Assembly: GCA_937871935.1 (NCBI GenBank)
Contig: CALMQI010000096.1
Span: 1,397-65,396, forward strand
Direction of reading: 5' to 3'
Length of the DNA: 64,000 bases
DNA from: an uncultured Burkholderiales bacterium
GTDB taxonomy: Bacteria; Pseudomonadota; Gammaproteobacteria; Burkholderiales; Burkholderiaceae_C
Under the pieces are notes generated by a model. It was not told where the DNA came from, did not search any database, and worked only from the letters and a program-made list of their open reading frames with translations. Positions 26,349 to 34,394 of the stretch are shown here, piece after piece (within the stretch, counting starts at the first letter, position 1; each line of letters opens with the position of its first letter). The translations under genes were made by a program, and so were the position numbers.

Positions 26349-27680
26349 ATGAAACGCGTGCCCTTTCCGGACTTGATCGACAAGTCCCTGTTCGCGCCGG
26401 ACGTGGCGGACCCGCAGGCCAAGTACGGCCTACCGCGCCAGGTGGCGTTCTGCACACGCTGCGTCATCTCGAATCAGCGCCCCAACTCGGCGGTCGAGTA
26501 CACGCACACCAAGGATACGAAGAAGAAGACGATCAACTTCGACGACGAGGGCGTCTGCGATGCCTGCCGCTTCGCCGAACGCAAGCATGGCCACATCGAC
26601 TGGGACGAACGCGAACGCCAGCTGCGCGACCTGTTCGACCGCCATCGCAGCCGCGACGGCAAGTACGACTGCCTGGTGCCCGGCTCTGGCGGCAAGGACA
26701 GCTTCTACGCCTCGCACATCCTGCGCACGCGCTACGGCATGCACCCGCTGACCGTCACCTGGGCGCCGCACGTGTACACCGAGTGGGGCTGGCGCAACTT
26801 CCAGCGCTGGATCCATGCCGGGCACGACAATTACCTGATGACGCCCAATGGACGTGCCCACCGCCTGCTGACCCGCCTGGCCGTGGACAACCTGTTCCAT
26901 CCGTTCCAGGCCTTCATGTTCGGGCAGAAGGCGCTGGCACCGAAGATGGCGCTGTTGTTCGACATCCCGCTGGTGATCTACGGCGAGAACGAGGCCGAAT
27001 ACGGCAATCCGATCGGCGACACCGACACCGCGAAGCGCGACTGGTCGTACTTCACGACGGCCGACCAGTCCAAGGTGCACCTCGGCGGCGTAACCGTGAC
27101 CGAGTTGAAACAGCACTTCGGCCTCGAGCAGCAGGATCTGATTCCGTACCTGCCGGCCGATCCGAACCAGATCGAAGAGAAGAAGATCGAGGTGCACTAC
27201 CTCGGCTACTACCTAAAGTGGCATCCGCAGGCCTGCTACTACTATGCCGTCGAGCACGGCGGATTCGAGGCGTCGCCCGAACGTACGCCCGGCACCTACA
27301 GCAAGTACAACAGCATCGACGACCGGATCGACGACTTCCACTACTACACCACCGGCATCAAGTTCGGCATCGGGCGCGCCAGCTACGATGCCGCGCAGGA
27401 GATCCGCTCGCGCGATATCACGCGCGACGAGGGGGTGGCGCTGGTGAAGCGGTTCGACCACGAGTTCCCCGAGCGGTTCGCCGATGAGATCTTCCAATAC
27501 CTCAGCATTCCGGCGAAGGAGTTCCCCGAGGCCAGCCGCATGTTTGAGCAGCCCACCATGACGCGCGAGTACTTCGCGCGCCTGGCCGACACGTTTCGCT
27601 CGCCGCACCTGTGGGCATGGCAGGGCGATCAGTGGAGGCTGCGCCATGCCGTGTGGCACGGTGAAGGGGCGGCACGCTAG
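26349..27680 (+). CDS. N-acetyl sugar amidotransferase (WbpG/PseA/WbuX family, PP-loop ATP pyrophosphatase)
   Basis: 443 aa. It has the zinc-ribbon-like CTRCVISNQRPNS...CDACRF and the PP-loop LVPGSGGKDSFYASHIL. Confidence 0.85.
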   Translation: MKRVPFPDLIDKSLFAPDVADPQAKYGLPRQVAFCTRCVISNQRPNSAVEYTHTKDTKKKTINFDDEGVCDACRFAERKHGHIDWDERERQLRDLFDRHRSRDGKYDCLVPGSGGKDSFYASHILRTRYGMHPLTVTWAPHVYTEWGWRNFQRWIHAGHDNYLMTPNGRAHRLLTRLAVDNLFHPFQAFMFGQKALAPKMALLFDIPLVIYGENEAEYGNPIGDTDTAKRDWSYFTTADQSKVHLGGVTVTELKQHFGLEQQDLIPYLPADPNQIEEKKIEVHYLGYYLKWHPQACYYYAVEHGGFEASPERTPGTYSKYNSIDDRIDDFHYYTTGIKFGIGRASYDAAQEIRSRDITRDEGVALVKRFDHEFPERFADEIFQYLSIPAKEFPEASRMFEQPTMTREYFARLADTFRSPHLWAWQGDQWRLRHAVWHGEGAAR

Positions 27681-27683
27681 TCC

Positions 27684-28445
27684 ATGAGCAATCTGCGCAT
27701 CATCCCGCGCCTAGACATCAAGGGCCCGAACCTCATCAAGGGCATCCGGCTGGAGGGGCTGCGCGTCATCGGCGATCCCCAGGAGCACGCGATCCGGTAC
27801 TACGAGGCGGGCGCCGACGAACTCGTCTACATGGACATCGTGGCGAGCCTGTACGGGCGCAACAACCTGAGCGACATCATCAGCCGGGCCGCCAAGAACG
27901 TCTTCATCCCCATCACCGTGGGCGGCGGCATCCGCTCGGTGGACGACGCGCGGCACATCCTGCGTTCGGGTGCCGACAAGGTGGCCATCAACACGGCCGC
28001 CATCGGGCGGCCGCAACTGATCACCGAAATCGCCCACCGATTCGGATCGCAGGCCACCGTGCTGTCGATCGAGGCCAAGAAGCTAGGCCCCGGACGCTGG
28101 GAAGCCTACACGGACAACGGGCGCGAACGCACGGGGCTCGACGTGCTGGAATGGGTCCGTCGCGGAGTCGAGCTCGGCGCCGGCGAGGTCCTGCTGACCG
28201 CCGTCGACCGCGAGGGTACGCGCAACGGCTTCGATCTCGATCTCGTCCGTCAGGTCAGTGCCGCCGTGCCGGTGCCGGTGATCGCCAGCGGCGGCATGGG
28301 CTCGATCGACGATTTCCTCGCGGCCGCCTCTCGCGGTGCCGCCGACGCGGTGGCCATGGCCGACGTGCTGCACTACAAGCGGCTCACCATCGCCGACATC
28401 CGGGCGGCAGCGCATGCCGCCGGCTTGCCGGTACGAAAGTTCTGA
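27684..28445 (+). CDS. hisF: imidazole glycerol phosphate synthase cyclase-subunit paralogue (HisF-like, WbuZ type)
   Basis: 253 aa: RIIPRLDIKGPNLIKGIRLEGLRVIGDP...ITVGGGIRSVDDA...VIASGGMGSIDDF. Confidence 0.85.
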   Translation: MSNLRIIPRLDIKGPNLIKGIRLEGLRVIGDPQEHAIRYYEAGADELVYMDIVASLYGRNNLSDIISRAAKNVFIPITVGGGIRSVDDARHILRSGADKVAINTAAIGRPQLITEIAHRFGSQATVLSIEAKKLGPGRWEAYTDNGRERTGLDVLEWVRRGVELGAGEVLLTAVDREGTRNGFDLDLVRQVSAAVPVPVIASGGMGSIDDFLAAASRGAADAVAMADVLHYKRLTIADIRAAAHAAGLPVRKF

Positions 28446-28449
28446 CATC

Positions 28450-29100
28450 ATGGCCCAGGGCAAGGTGACGATCCTCGACTACGGCATGTGCAATCTGCTC
28501 AACGTCGCGCGCGCCTTCGAGCATGTCGGTGCCGACGTGCTTGTGACGGAGGATCCGCATGCCGTGCACGACGCCGAGCGCCTGGTCGTGCCGGGCGTGG
28601 GTGCGTTTCGCGACAGCATGCAGGAGGTCAGTACCCGCGGCTTCGCCGACGCCATCCGTCGTTTCATCGACACCGGACGGCCGCTGTTCGGCATCTGCGT
28701 CGGCATGCAGATCCTGTTCGACGCGAGCGAGGAGTTCGGCGAACACGCCGGCCTCGGCGTGCTGCCGGGTCGCGTCAAGGCCGTCGCCGCCGTCACCTGC
28801 GACGGCGCGTCGCAGCGCGTGCCCCATATCGGCTGGAATCACTTGGTGGAGCCCGAGGGGGGCAGGCCATGGTCGGGCACGTTGCTCGATCCGCTGGTGG
28901 GCACCAGCCCGGCGGTCTACTTTGTTCATTCTTTCGCGGCGGTGCCGGATCGGCCATCCGACCGCCTGGCCGACTGCGTCTATGGCGGGCACCGCATCTG
29001 TGCCGCGGTGCAACGCGACAACCTGGTGGCCGCGCAGTTCCATCCCGAACGAAGCGGCGAGATCGGCCTCGAGCTGGTCCGGCGCTTCGTCTCGATGTAG
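28450..29100 (+). CDS. hisH: glutamine amidotransferase subunit paralogue (HisH-like, WbuY type)
   Basis: ATG 28450. Motifs include ILDYGMCNLLNVARAF, the catalytic Cys in LFGICVGMQIL, and FHPERSG. Confidence 0.85.
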   Translation: MAQGKVTILDYGMCNLLNVARAFEHVGADVLVTEDPHAVHDAERLVVPGVGAFRDSMQEVSTRGFADAIRRFIDTGRPLFGICVGMQILFDASEEFGEHAGLGVLPGRVKAVAAVTCDGASQRVPHIGWNHLVEPEGGRPWSGTLLDPLVGTSPAVYFVHSFAAVPDRPSDRLADCVYGGHRICAAVQRDNLVAAQFHPERSGEIGLELVRRFVSM

Positions 29101-29125
29101 ATCCGCTGCAGGGCCGACCGATGCG

Positions 29126-30103
29126 ATGCGAGTCCTGATCGTCGGCACCGGTTCGATCGGCCGTCGTCACATGGCGAACCTGCGCCGCTGCGTGCCTGAG
29201 GTCGCCTTCGACGTGCTGCGCGAGCCCGGACGGCCGATGACCACCGACGGACTCGGCGCGGTGACGGTTTCGACGACGCTCGAGGCAGCGCTCGACCAGT
29301 CGCCGGCGCTGATAGTTGTGGCCAACCCCAGCTCGCTGCATCTTCGTCCGCTGCTGGCCGCGATCGAGCGCGGCGTGCCTTTCTATGCCGAGAAGCCGCT
29401 GGTCGCCAGCGGCGACGATTTGCAGCGGCTGCGACAGGTGGCAGCCCGGCCAGGCCTGCCGCCGCATATCGTCGGCTGCAATTTGCGCTTCCTGCCGTCA
29501 TTGCAGCGGCTGAAACAACTGATCGCGTCCGGTGAGCTGGGCCGCATCGTGCGCGCCGGCTTCGAGGCGGGCCAGTGGCTGCCCGACTGGAGGCCGGCCC
29601 AAGACTATCGCCGCGGCTACAGCGCCCACTCCGCGCTCGGCGGCGGCGTGCTGCTCGACCTTATTCATGAAATCGACGCTGCGCGCTGGTTGCTGGGTGA
29701 GTTCACTCAGGTGCACGCGCTGTCGGGGCACCTTTCGTCGCTCGAGATCGATAGCGAGGATTGCGCCTGCCTGCTGCTGGGCAGGCCCGGCGGACCACTG
29801 ACCAGCGTGCAGCTCGACTACGTGAGCCGGCGGCCCGTGCGTCGCTATGTGATCGTCGGCGATCGCGCCACGGCCGAGTGGGATCTGCCGCGCCGGAAAC
29901 TGACGGTGGCCCGCGGCGACGGCGTCGAAGCGATAGACCTGCCGCCCTCGGCCTTCGACGTCGGTGAAACCTATCCTGCCGCCATGCGTGAACTACTGGA
30001 CGCGATGGCCGCCGGCCGGCCGACCAGCCAACCGATCGAGGAGGGCTTGCGTGCGCTCGACATCGTGATGCGAGCGCGCGCGGCAGCCGACCAGACCCGA
30101 TGA
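29126..30103 (+). CDS. Gfo/Idh/MocA-family oxidoreductase
   Basis: ATG 29126. It has a Rossmann N-terminus (MRVLIVGTGSIGRRHMANL) and EKPL (YAEKPLVAS). Confidence 0.7.
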   Translation: MRVLIVGTGSIGRRHMANLRRCVPEVAFDVLREPGRPMTTDGLGAVTVSTTLEAALDQSPALIVVANPSSLHLRPLLAAIERGVPFYAEKPLVASGDDLQRLRQVAARPGLPPHIVGCNLRFLPSLQRLKQLIASGELGRIVRAGFEAGQWLPDWRPAQDYRRGYSAHSALGGGVLLDLIHEIDAARWLLGEFTQVHALSGHLSSLEIDSEDCACLLLGRPGGPLTSVQLDYVSRRPVRRYVIVGDRATAEWDLPRRKLTVARGDGVEAIDLPPSAFDVGETYPAAMRELLDAMAAGRPTSQPIEEGLRALDIVMRARAAADQTR

Positions 30104-30789
30104 AGACCATTGCATCCATCTGCGCCCGCGGCGGCTCGGTCGGCGTGCCACGCAAGAACGTGATGCCGCTGCACGGGCGCCCGCTGATCGCCCACACCAT
30201 CGCCCAGGCGTTGGCCGCGCCGGCCGTCGACGCCGTCTATGTGTCGACCGACGACGCGCAGATCGCCGAGGTGGCGCGAGCCCACGGCGCACGCGTGCCG
30301 TTTCTGCGTCCGGCCGAGTTGGCCACCGGAACGGCGGCGAAGATCCCGGTCATCGAGCACCTGTGCGACTGGGTCGAGCGGCACGACGGGCCGTTTGCGC
30401 GCATCGTCGACCTGGACCCGACCTCTCCGTTGCGCACCGTGCAGGACATCGAGAGCTGCCTGGCCTTGCTGGACGACGACACCGATGCCGTGATCACAAC
30501 GTTCGAGTCGGAAAAGAACCCGTACTTCAACATGGTCGAGGTCAAGCCGAACGGCAACGTCGGCCTCGTCTGTACCGGCCAGGGCGGTGTCGTAGCACGC
30601 CAGTTGGCACCCCGCGTATATTCGATGAATGCCTCCATCTACGTGTGGCACCGTCGCACGCTGGCCAAGGGACTGTGGAACGGGCGGGTCCGCATGCACG
30701 TGATGCCGCGTGAGCGTTCGATCGACATCGACAGCCCGCTGGACTTCCGCATCGTCGAGATGTTGATGGCCGAACGCCAGGGGGGATGA
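30100..30789 (+). CDS. neuA: acylneuraminate (nonulosonate) cytidylyltransferase, NeuA/LegF family
   Basis: 229 aa. The CTP_transf_3 signature ICARGGSVGVPRKNV is present. Confidence 0.85.
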   Translation: MKTIASICARGGSVGVPRKNVMPLHGRPLIAHTIAQALAAPAVDAVYVSTDDAQIAEVARAHGARVPFLRPAELATGTAAKIPVIEHLCDWVERHDGPFARIVDLDPTSPLRTVQDIESCLALLDDDTDAVITTFESEKNPYFNMVEVKPNGNVGLVCTGQGGVVARQLAPRVYSMNASIYVWHRRTLAKGLWNGRVRMHVMPRERSIDIDSPLDFRIVEMLMAERQGG

Positions 30790-30790
30790 G

Positions 30791-31579
30791 TTGGACCGCT
30801 TCTCGCTGAACGACAAGGTGGTGGTGGTCACCGGCGCCGCCGGCATCTTGGGTCAGATGTTTTGCCGCGAACTGGTCGGCGCCGGCGCCCGTGTGGTGGC
30901 GCTCGACGCCGATGCGCAGGCCTTGGCCCGCCTGTGCGAACAGGATCATGCCGAAGCGATTGCCGCGCACTGCGTGGACATCCGCGATCGTGGCCAGATG
31001 GCCGCGGTGCGCGAGCAGACGCTGGCCCGGCATGGTCGCATCGACGGCCTGCTCAACAATGCGGCGAGCAAGAGCCCGAACTTCTTCGAACCGTTCGAGA
31101 GCTTCCCGCTCGAGGACTGGAACGATGTCATGTCGGTCAATCTGACCGGAGCCTTCGTCTGTTGCCAGGAGTTCGGCAGCGCGATGGCAGCGCAGGGCAG
31201 CGGCAGCGTCGTCAACGTGCTGTCGGTCTATGGCATCGTCGCACCGGACCAGCGCATCTACGAAGGTTCGAAGTATCTGGGCCGTGCCATCAACACGCCG
31301 GCGATCTACAGCGCCAGCAAGGCCGGCCTGTGGGGCCTGACCGCCTATCTGGCGAGCTACTGGGGCGCACACAACGTCCGTGTCAACGCGCTGACGCCCG
31401 GCGGCATCTACAGCGGCCAGAACCAGACCTTCGTCGACAGGTACAGCCAGCGGGTTCCGCTCGGGCGCATGGGCCAGCCGGAAGACTTGTGCGGAGCCCT
31501 CGTCTACCTGCTGTCGGATGCCTCGCGCTACACGACCGGGCAGAACCTCGTCGTCGACGGCGGCCTGACGGTCTGGTGA
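30791..31579 (+). CDS. short-chain dehydrogenase/reductase (SDR)
   Basis: TTG start. It has the cofactor-binding motif VVVTGAAGILG and the catalytic YSASK. Confidence 0.8.
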   Translation: MDRFSLNDKVVVVTGAAGILGQMFCRELVGAGARVVALDADAQALARLCEQDHAEAIAAHCVDIRDRGQMAAVREQTLARHGRIDGLLNNAASKSPNFFEPFESFPLEDWNDVMSVNLTGAFVCCQEFGSAMAAQGSGSVVNVLSVYGIVAPDQRIYEGSKYLGRAINTPAIYSASKAGLWGLTAYLASYWGAHNVRVNALTPGGIYSGQNQTFVDRYSQRVPLGRMGQPEDLCGALVYLLSDASRYTTGQNLVVDGGLTVW

Positions 31580-31586
31580 GTCCGCC

Positions 31587-32627
31587 GTGAGCACCCGCAC
31601 ATTCGTCATCGCCGAAGCCGGCGTCAATCACAACGGATCCGAGGAACTGGCCCTGCGGCTCGTCGATGCGGCAGCGCAAAGCGGTGCAGACGCCGTCAAG
31701 TTCCAGACTTTCACCGCCGACAAGCTGGTGCGCCCCGGCGCCGCGAAGGCCGCCTATCAGGCGCAAGCCACCGGTGCCGATGGTGACCAGTTGAGCATGC
31801 TGCGGCAGCTCGAGATGTCGGAGGCGCTGCACCGCCGCCTGTTCGCCCGTTGCGACGAGCGCGGTATCGAGTTCATGTCGACACCGTTCGATATCGAGGC
31901 GGCGCAGTTCCTGATTGGCCTGGGCATGCGTCGCATCAAGGTGCCGTCCGGCGAGATTACCAATCATCCCTTTCTGCGGGCGTTGACCGCACTGGACCGC
32001 CCGTTGATCGTCTCCACCGGCATGTCGACGCTCGACGAGATCGTCGAGGCGCTGGCCGTGATCGAGGCGGAGCGCCGTCGCCGTGGGCGGCAGGGCGCTC
32101 TGGCCGATCGGGTCACGGTCCTGCACTGCACGTCCAACTACCCGACTGCCGCCGCCGACGTGCACCTGCGCGCCATGCAGAGCATCGCCGCCGCGACGTC
32201 GTTACCGGTGGGCTACTCCGACCACACGCTCGGTGTCGCCGTCTCCACGGCGGCGGTCGCGCTCGGCGCCCGTGTGATCGAGAAGCACTTCACCCTCGAC
32301 CGCGCCATGTCCGGCCCCGATCACCAGGCGTCGCTGACCGTCGACGAGCTGGCATCGCTTGTGCAGCAGGTGCGCACCGTCGAGCAGGCCCTGGGTTCGG
32401 CCGAGAAAGCGCCCACCGCGGGCGAGTTGCCGGTGCGCGAGCTGGTCCGCCGCAGCGTGACCACCTGCCGTGACGTGCCGGCAGGCGCGCCGATCGTGGA
32501 TGCCGACCTGTGCCTGCTGCGACCGGGTACCGGCATCGCCCCGAAGGATCTGGCCGCGGTGGTCGGGCGCGTCGCGCGGCGCGCGCTGCCGGCGGGCAGC
32601 ACGGTGCAGTGGGGAGATCTCCTGTGA
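31587..32627 (+). CDS. neuB: N-acetylneuraminate/legionaminate synthase (NeuB/LegI family) with C-terminal SAF domain
   Basis: GTG start. Motifs include FVIAEAGVNHNGS and KFQTF, and the SAF-like C-terminus is present. Confidence 0.9.
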   Translation: MSTRTFVIAEAGVNHNGSEELALRLVDAAAQSGADAVKFQTFTADKLVRPGAAKAAYQAQATGADGDQLSMLRQLEMSEALHRRLFARCDERGIEFMSTPFDIEAAQFLIGLGMRRIKVPSGEITNHPFLRALTALDRPLIVSTGMSTLDEIVEALAVIEAERRRRGRQGALADRVTVLHCTSNYPTAAADVHLRAMQSIAAATSLPVGYSDHTLGVAVSTAAVALGARVIEKHFTLDRAMSGPDHQASLTVDELASLVQQVRTVEQALGSAEKAPTAGELPVRELVRRSVTTCRDVPAGAPIVDADLCLLRPGTGIAPKDLAAVVGRVARRALPAGSTVQWGDLL

Positions 32628-33763
32628 GCCGCGTTCGGCGGATCTGCTACGTCACCGGAACACGAGCCGACTTCGGGCTGATGGTGTCGACGCTGCATGC
32701 CATCGCCGCCGACGCTCGCCTGGACCTCGGCCTGGCCGTCACGGGCATGCACCTGGCGCAGCGTCACGGCATGACGGTCCGTGAGGTCGAGGCCGAGGGC
32801 TTGCGCATCGACGCGACCATTCCCGTCGAGTTGGAGCCACCGGGCGGCGCCACCATGGCGCGCAACATCGGCCACATGACGGTGGGTCTTGTCGACGCCT
32901 TCGAGCGGATCGAGCCGGACCTCGTGCTGCTGCTCGGCGACCGTGGCGAGATGCTGGCCGGCGCGCTGGCGGCGGCCCACCTGGGCATCGGTATCGCCCA
33001 TTTGCATGGCGGCGAACGCTCGGGCACCATCGACGAGTCGGTTCGCCATGCAATTTCCAAGCTGGCCCATCATCACCTGGTGGCCACGCAGGCGTCGCGC
33101 GACCGCTTGATTCGCATGGGCGAGGACCCTCAGCACATCGTCGTCGTCGGTGCGCCGGGGCTCGACGGCCTGACGGCGCTGGAACGCGCCGACCGTTCCG
33201 AGCTGTGCGCGAGCGTCGGCTTCGATCCCGGGCGGCCGATGGCGTTGATGCTGTTCCATCCGGTGCTGCAGGAGCGCGCGAGCGCCGCGGCGCAGACGGC
33301 CGCCATCCTGGACAGCCTGACGGCACTGCGGTGGCAGACGCTGGCCCTGATGCCCAACGCGGACGCCGGCAGCGAGCGGGTCCGCGAGCAGTTGCTGCAT
33401 CGGCGCGACGAGGCAGGTTTGGTCGTCCGCACCCACCTGACGCGCAGCGAGTTCGTGTCCTGGATGGCCGCCTGTGACGTGATGGTCGGCAACTCGAGCA
33501 GCGGCATCATCGAGGCGGCCAGTTTCGGCACGCCGGTGGTCAACGTCGGCTCGCGGCAGCAGCTGCGCGAGCGCAATGCCAACGTGAACGACACCGACGC
33601 CGACGCCGCAAGCATCACCGCCGCGCTGCGCTGCGCCGCTGCGCGCGGCCGGCTGCCGGTGAGCAACGTCTACGGTGACGGGCATGCCGGCGCGCGCATC
33701 GTCGAGCTGCTGGCGAGTGCCGACCTTACGCTGGCGCAACGGGCCAAGTGCAATGCCTACTGA
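32624..33763 (+). CDS. neuC: UDP-N-acetylglucosamine 2-epimerase (hydrolysing), NeuC/LegG family
   Basis: GTG 32624 forms a GTGA overlap. Motifs include ICYVTGTRADFGLM and IAHLHGGERSGTIDESVRHAISKLAHHHL. Confidence 0.9.
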   Translation: MSRVRRICYVTGTRADFGLMVSTLHAIAADARLDLGLAVTGMHLAQRHGMTVREVEAEGLRIDATIPVELEPPGGATMARNIGHMTVGLVDAFERIEPDLVLLLGDRGEMLAGALAAAHLGIGIAHLHGGERSGTIDESVRHAISKLAHHHLVATQASRDRLIRMGEDPQHIVVVGAPGLDGLTALERADRSELCASVGFDPGRPMALMLFHPVLQERASAAAQTAAILDSLTALRWQTLALMPNADAGSERVREQLLHRRDEAGLVVRTHLTRSEFVSWMAACDVMVGNSSSGIIEAASFGTPVVNVGSRQQLRERNANVNDTDADAASITAALRCAAARGRLPVSNVYGDGHAGARIVELLASADLTLAQRAKCNAY

Positions 33764-34394
33764 TCGCTTCGTCGTCATCGGCGCCGGCGGTCATGCGAAG
33801 GTCGTGATGGATGCGTTGCTGCGCGCCTTCGGCGATCAAGTCGAGGCCGTCTTTGCCGACGACAACCCGGCGTTGGCCGGCTCATTGCTGCTCGAGCGCG
33901 CCGTGCAGGTGCCGATCCCGGTGCGCCTTGCCCCGGGTGACCGGGTCCACGTTGCCATCGGCGACAATCGCGTCCGCCAGCGCCTGGCCGAGAGGCTGGC
34001 GGCTGGGTCGGCGAATTTGCTGCGCATCGTTCATCCGGACGCCAGCGTCTCGCGTTTCGCCGAGATCGACGAAGGCGTCTTCATCGCGGCGCGTGCGGTG
34101 GTGGGGCCAGGATCCCAGGTGGCGGCAGGGACGATCGTGAACCACGGGGCGGTGGTCGATCACGACTGCCGGGTGGGGGCGTTCTCCCACGTGGCGCCCA
34201 CCGCCACGCTCGGTGGCGGCGTGCGTGTCGGGTGCCGGGTGCTCGTCGGCTCTGGGGCCGTCGTTCGGCCGGGTGTCGTGATCGGTGACGACGCGGTCAT
34301 CGGCGCCGGCGCTGTGGTCGTTGCCGACGTGGCGGCAGGTGTCCAGGTGGTGGGTGTGCCCGCCCGGGCGATGAGGGAAGGTAGAAGAAAGTGA
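33753..34394 (+). CDS. neuD: NeuD/PglD-family sugar N/O-acetyltransferase (LbH with N-terminal Rossmann-like domain)
   Basis: ATG 33753. The N-terminus FVVIGAGGHAKVVMDAL is followed by C-terminal hexapeptide repeats. Confidence 0.8.
   Translation: MPTDRFVVIGAGGHAKVVMDALLRAFGDQVEAVFADDNPALAGSLLLERAVQVPIPVRLAPGDRVHVAIGDNRVRQRLAERLAAGSANLLRIVHPDASVSRFAEIDEGVFIAARAVVGPGSQVAAGTIVNHGAVVDHDCRVGAFSHVAPTATLGGGVRVGCRVLVGSGAVVRPGVVIGDDAVIGAGAVVVADVAAGVQVVGVPARAMREGRRK

Noticed and set aside
26349-27680. Slightly more AT-rich codon usage in the WbpG-like gene as a sign of separate horizontal origin
   Set aside because: This is an impression by eye only. The difference is small and was not computed, and the gene is overlap- or closely-coupled to its neighbours.
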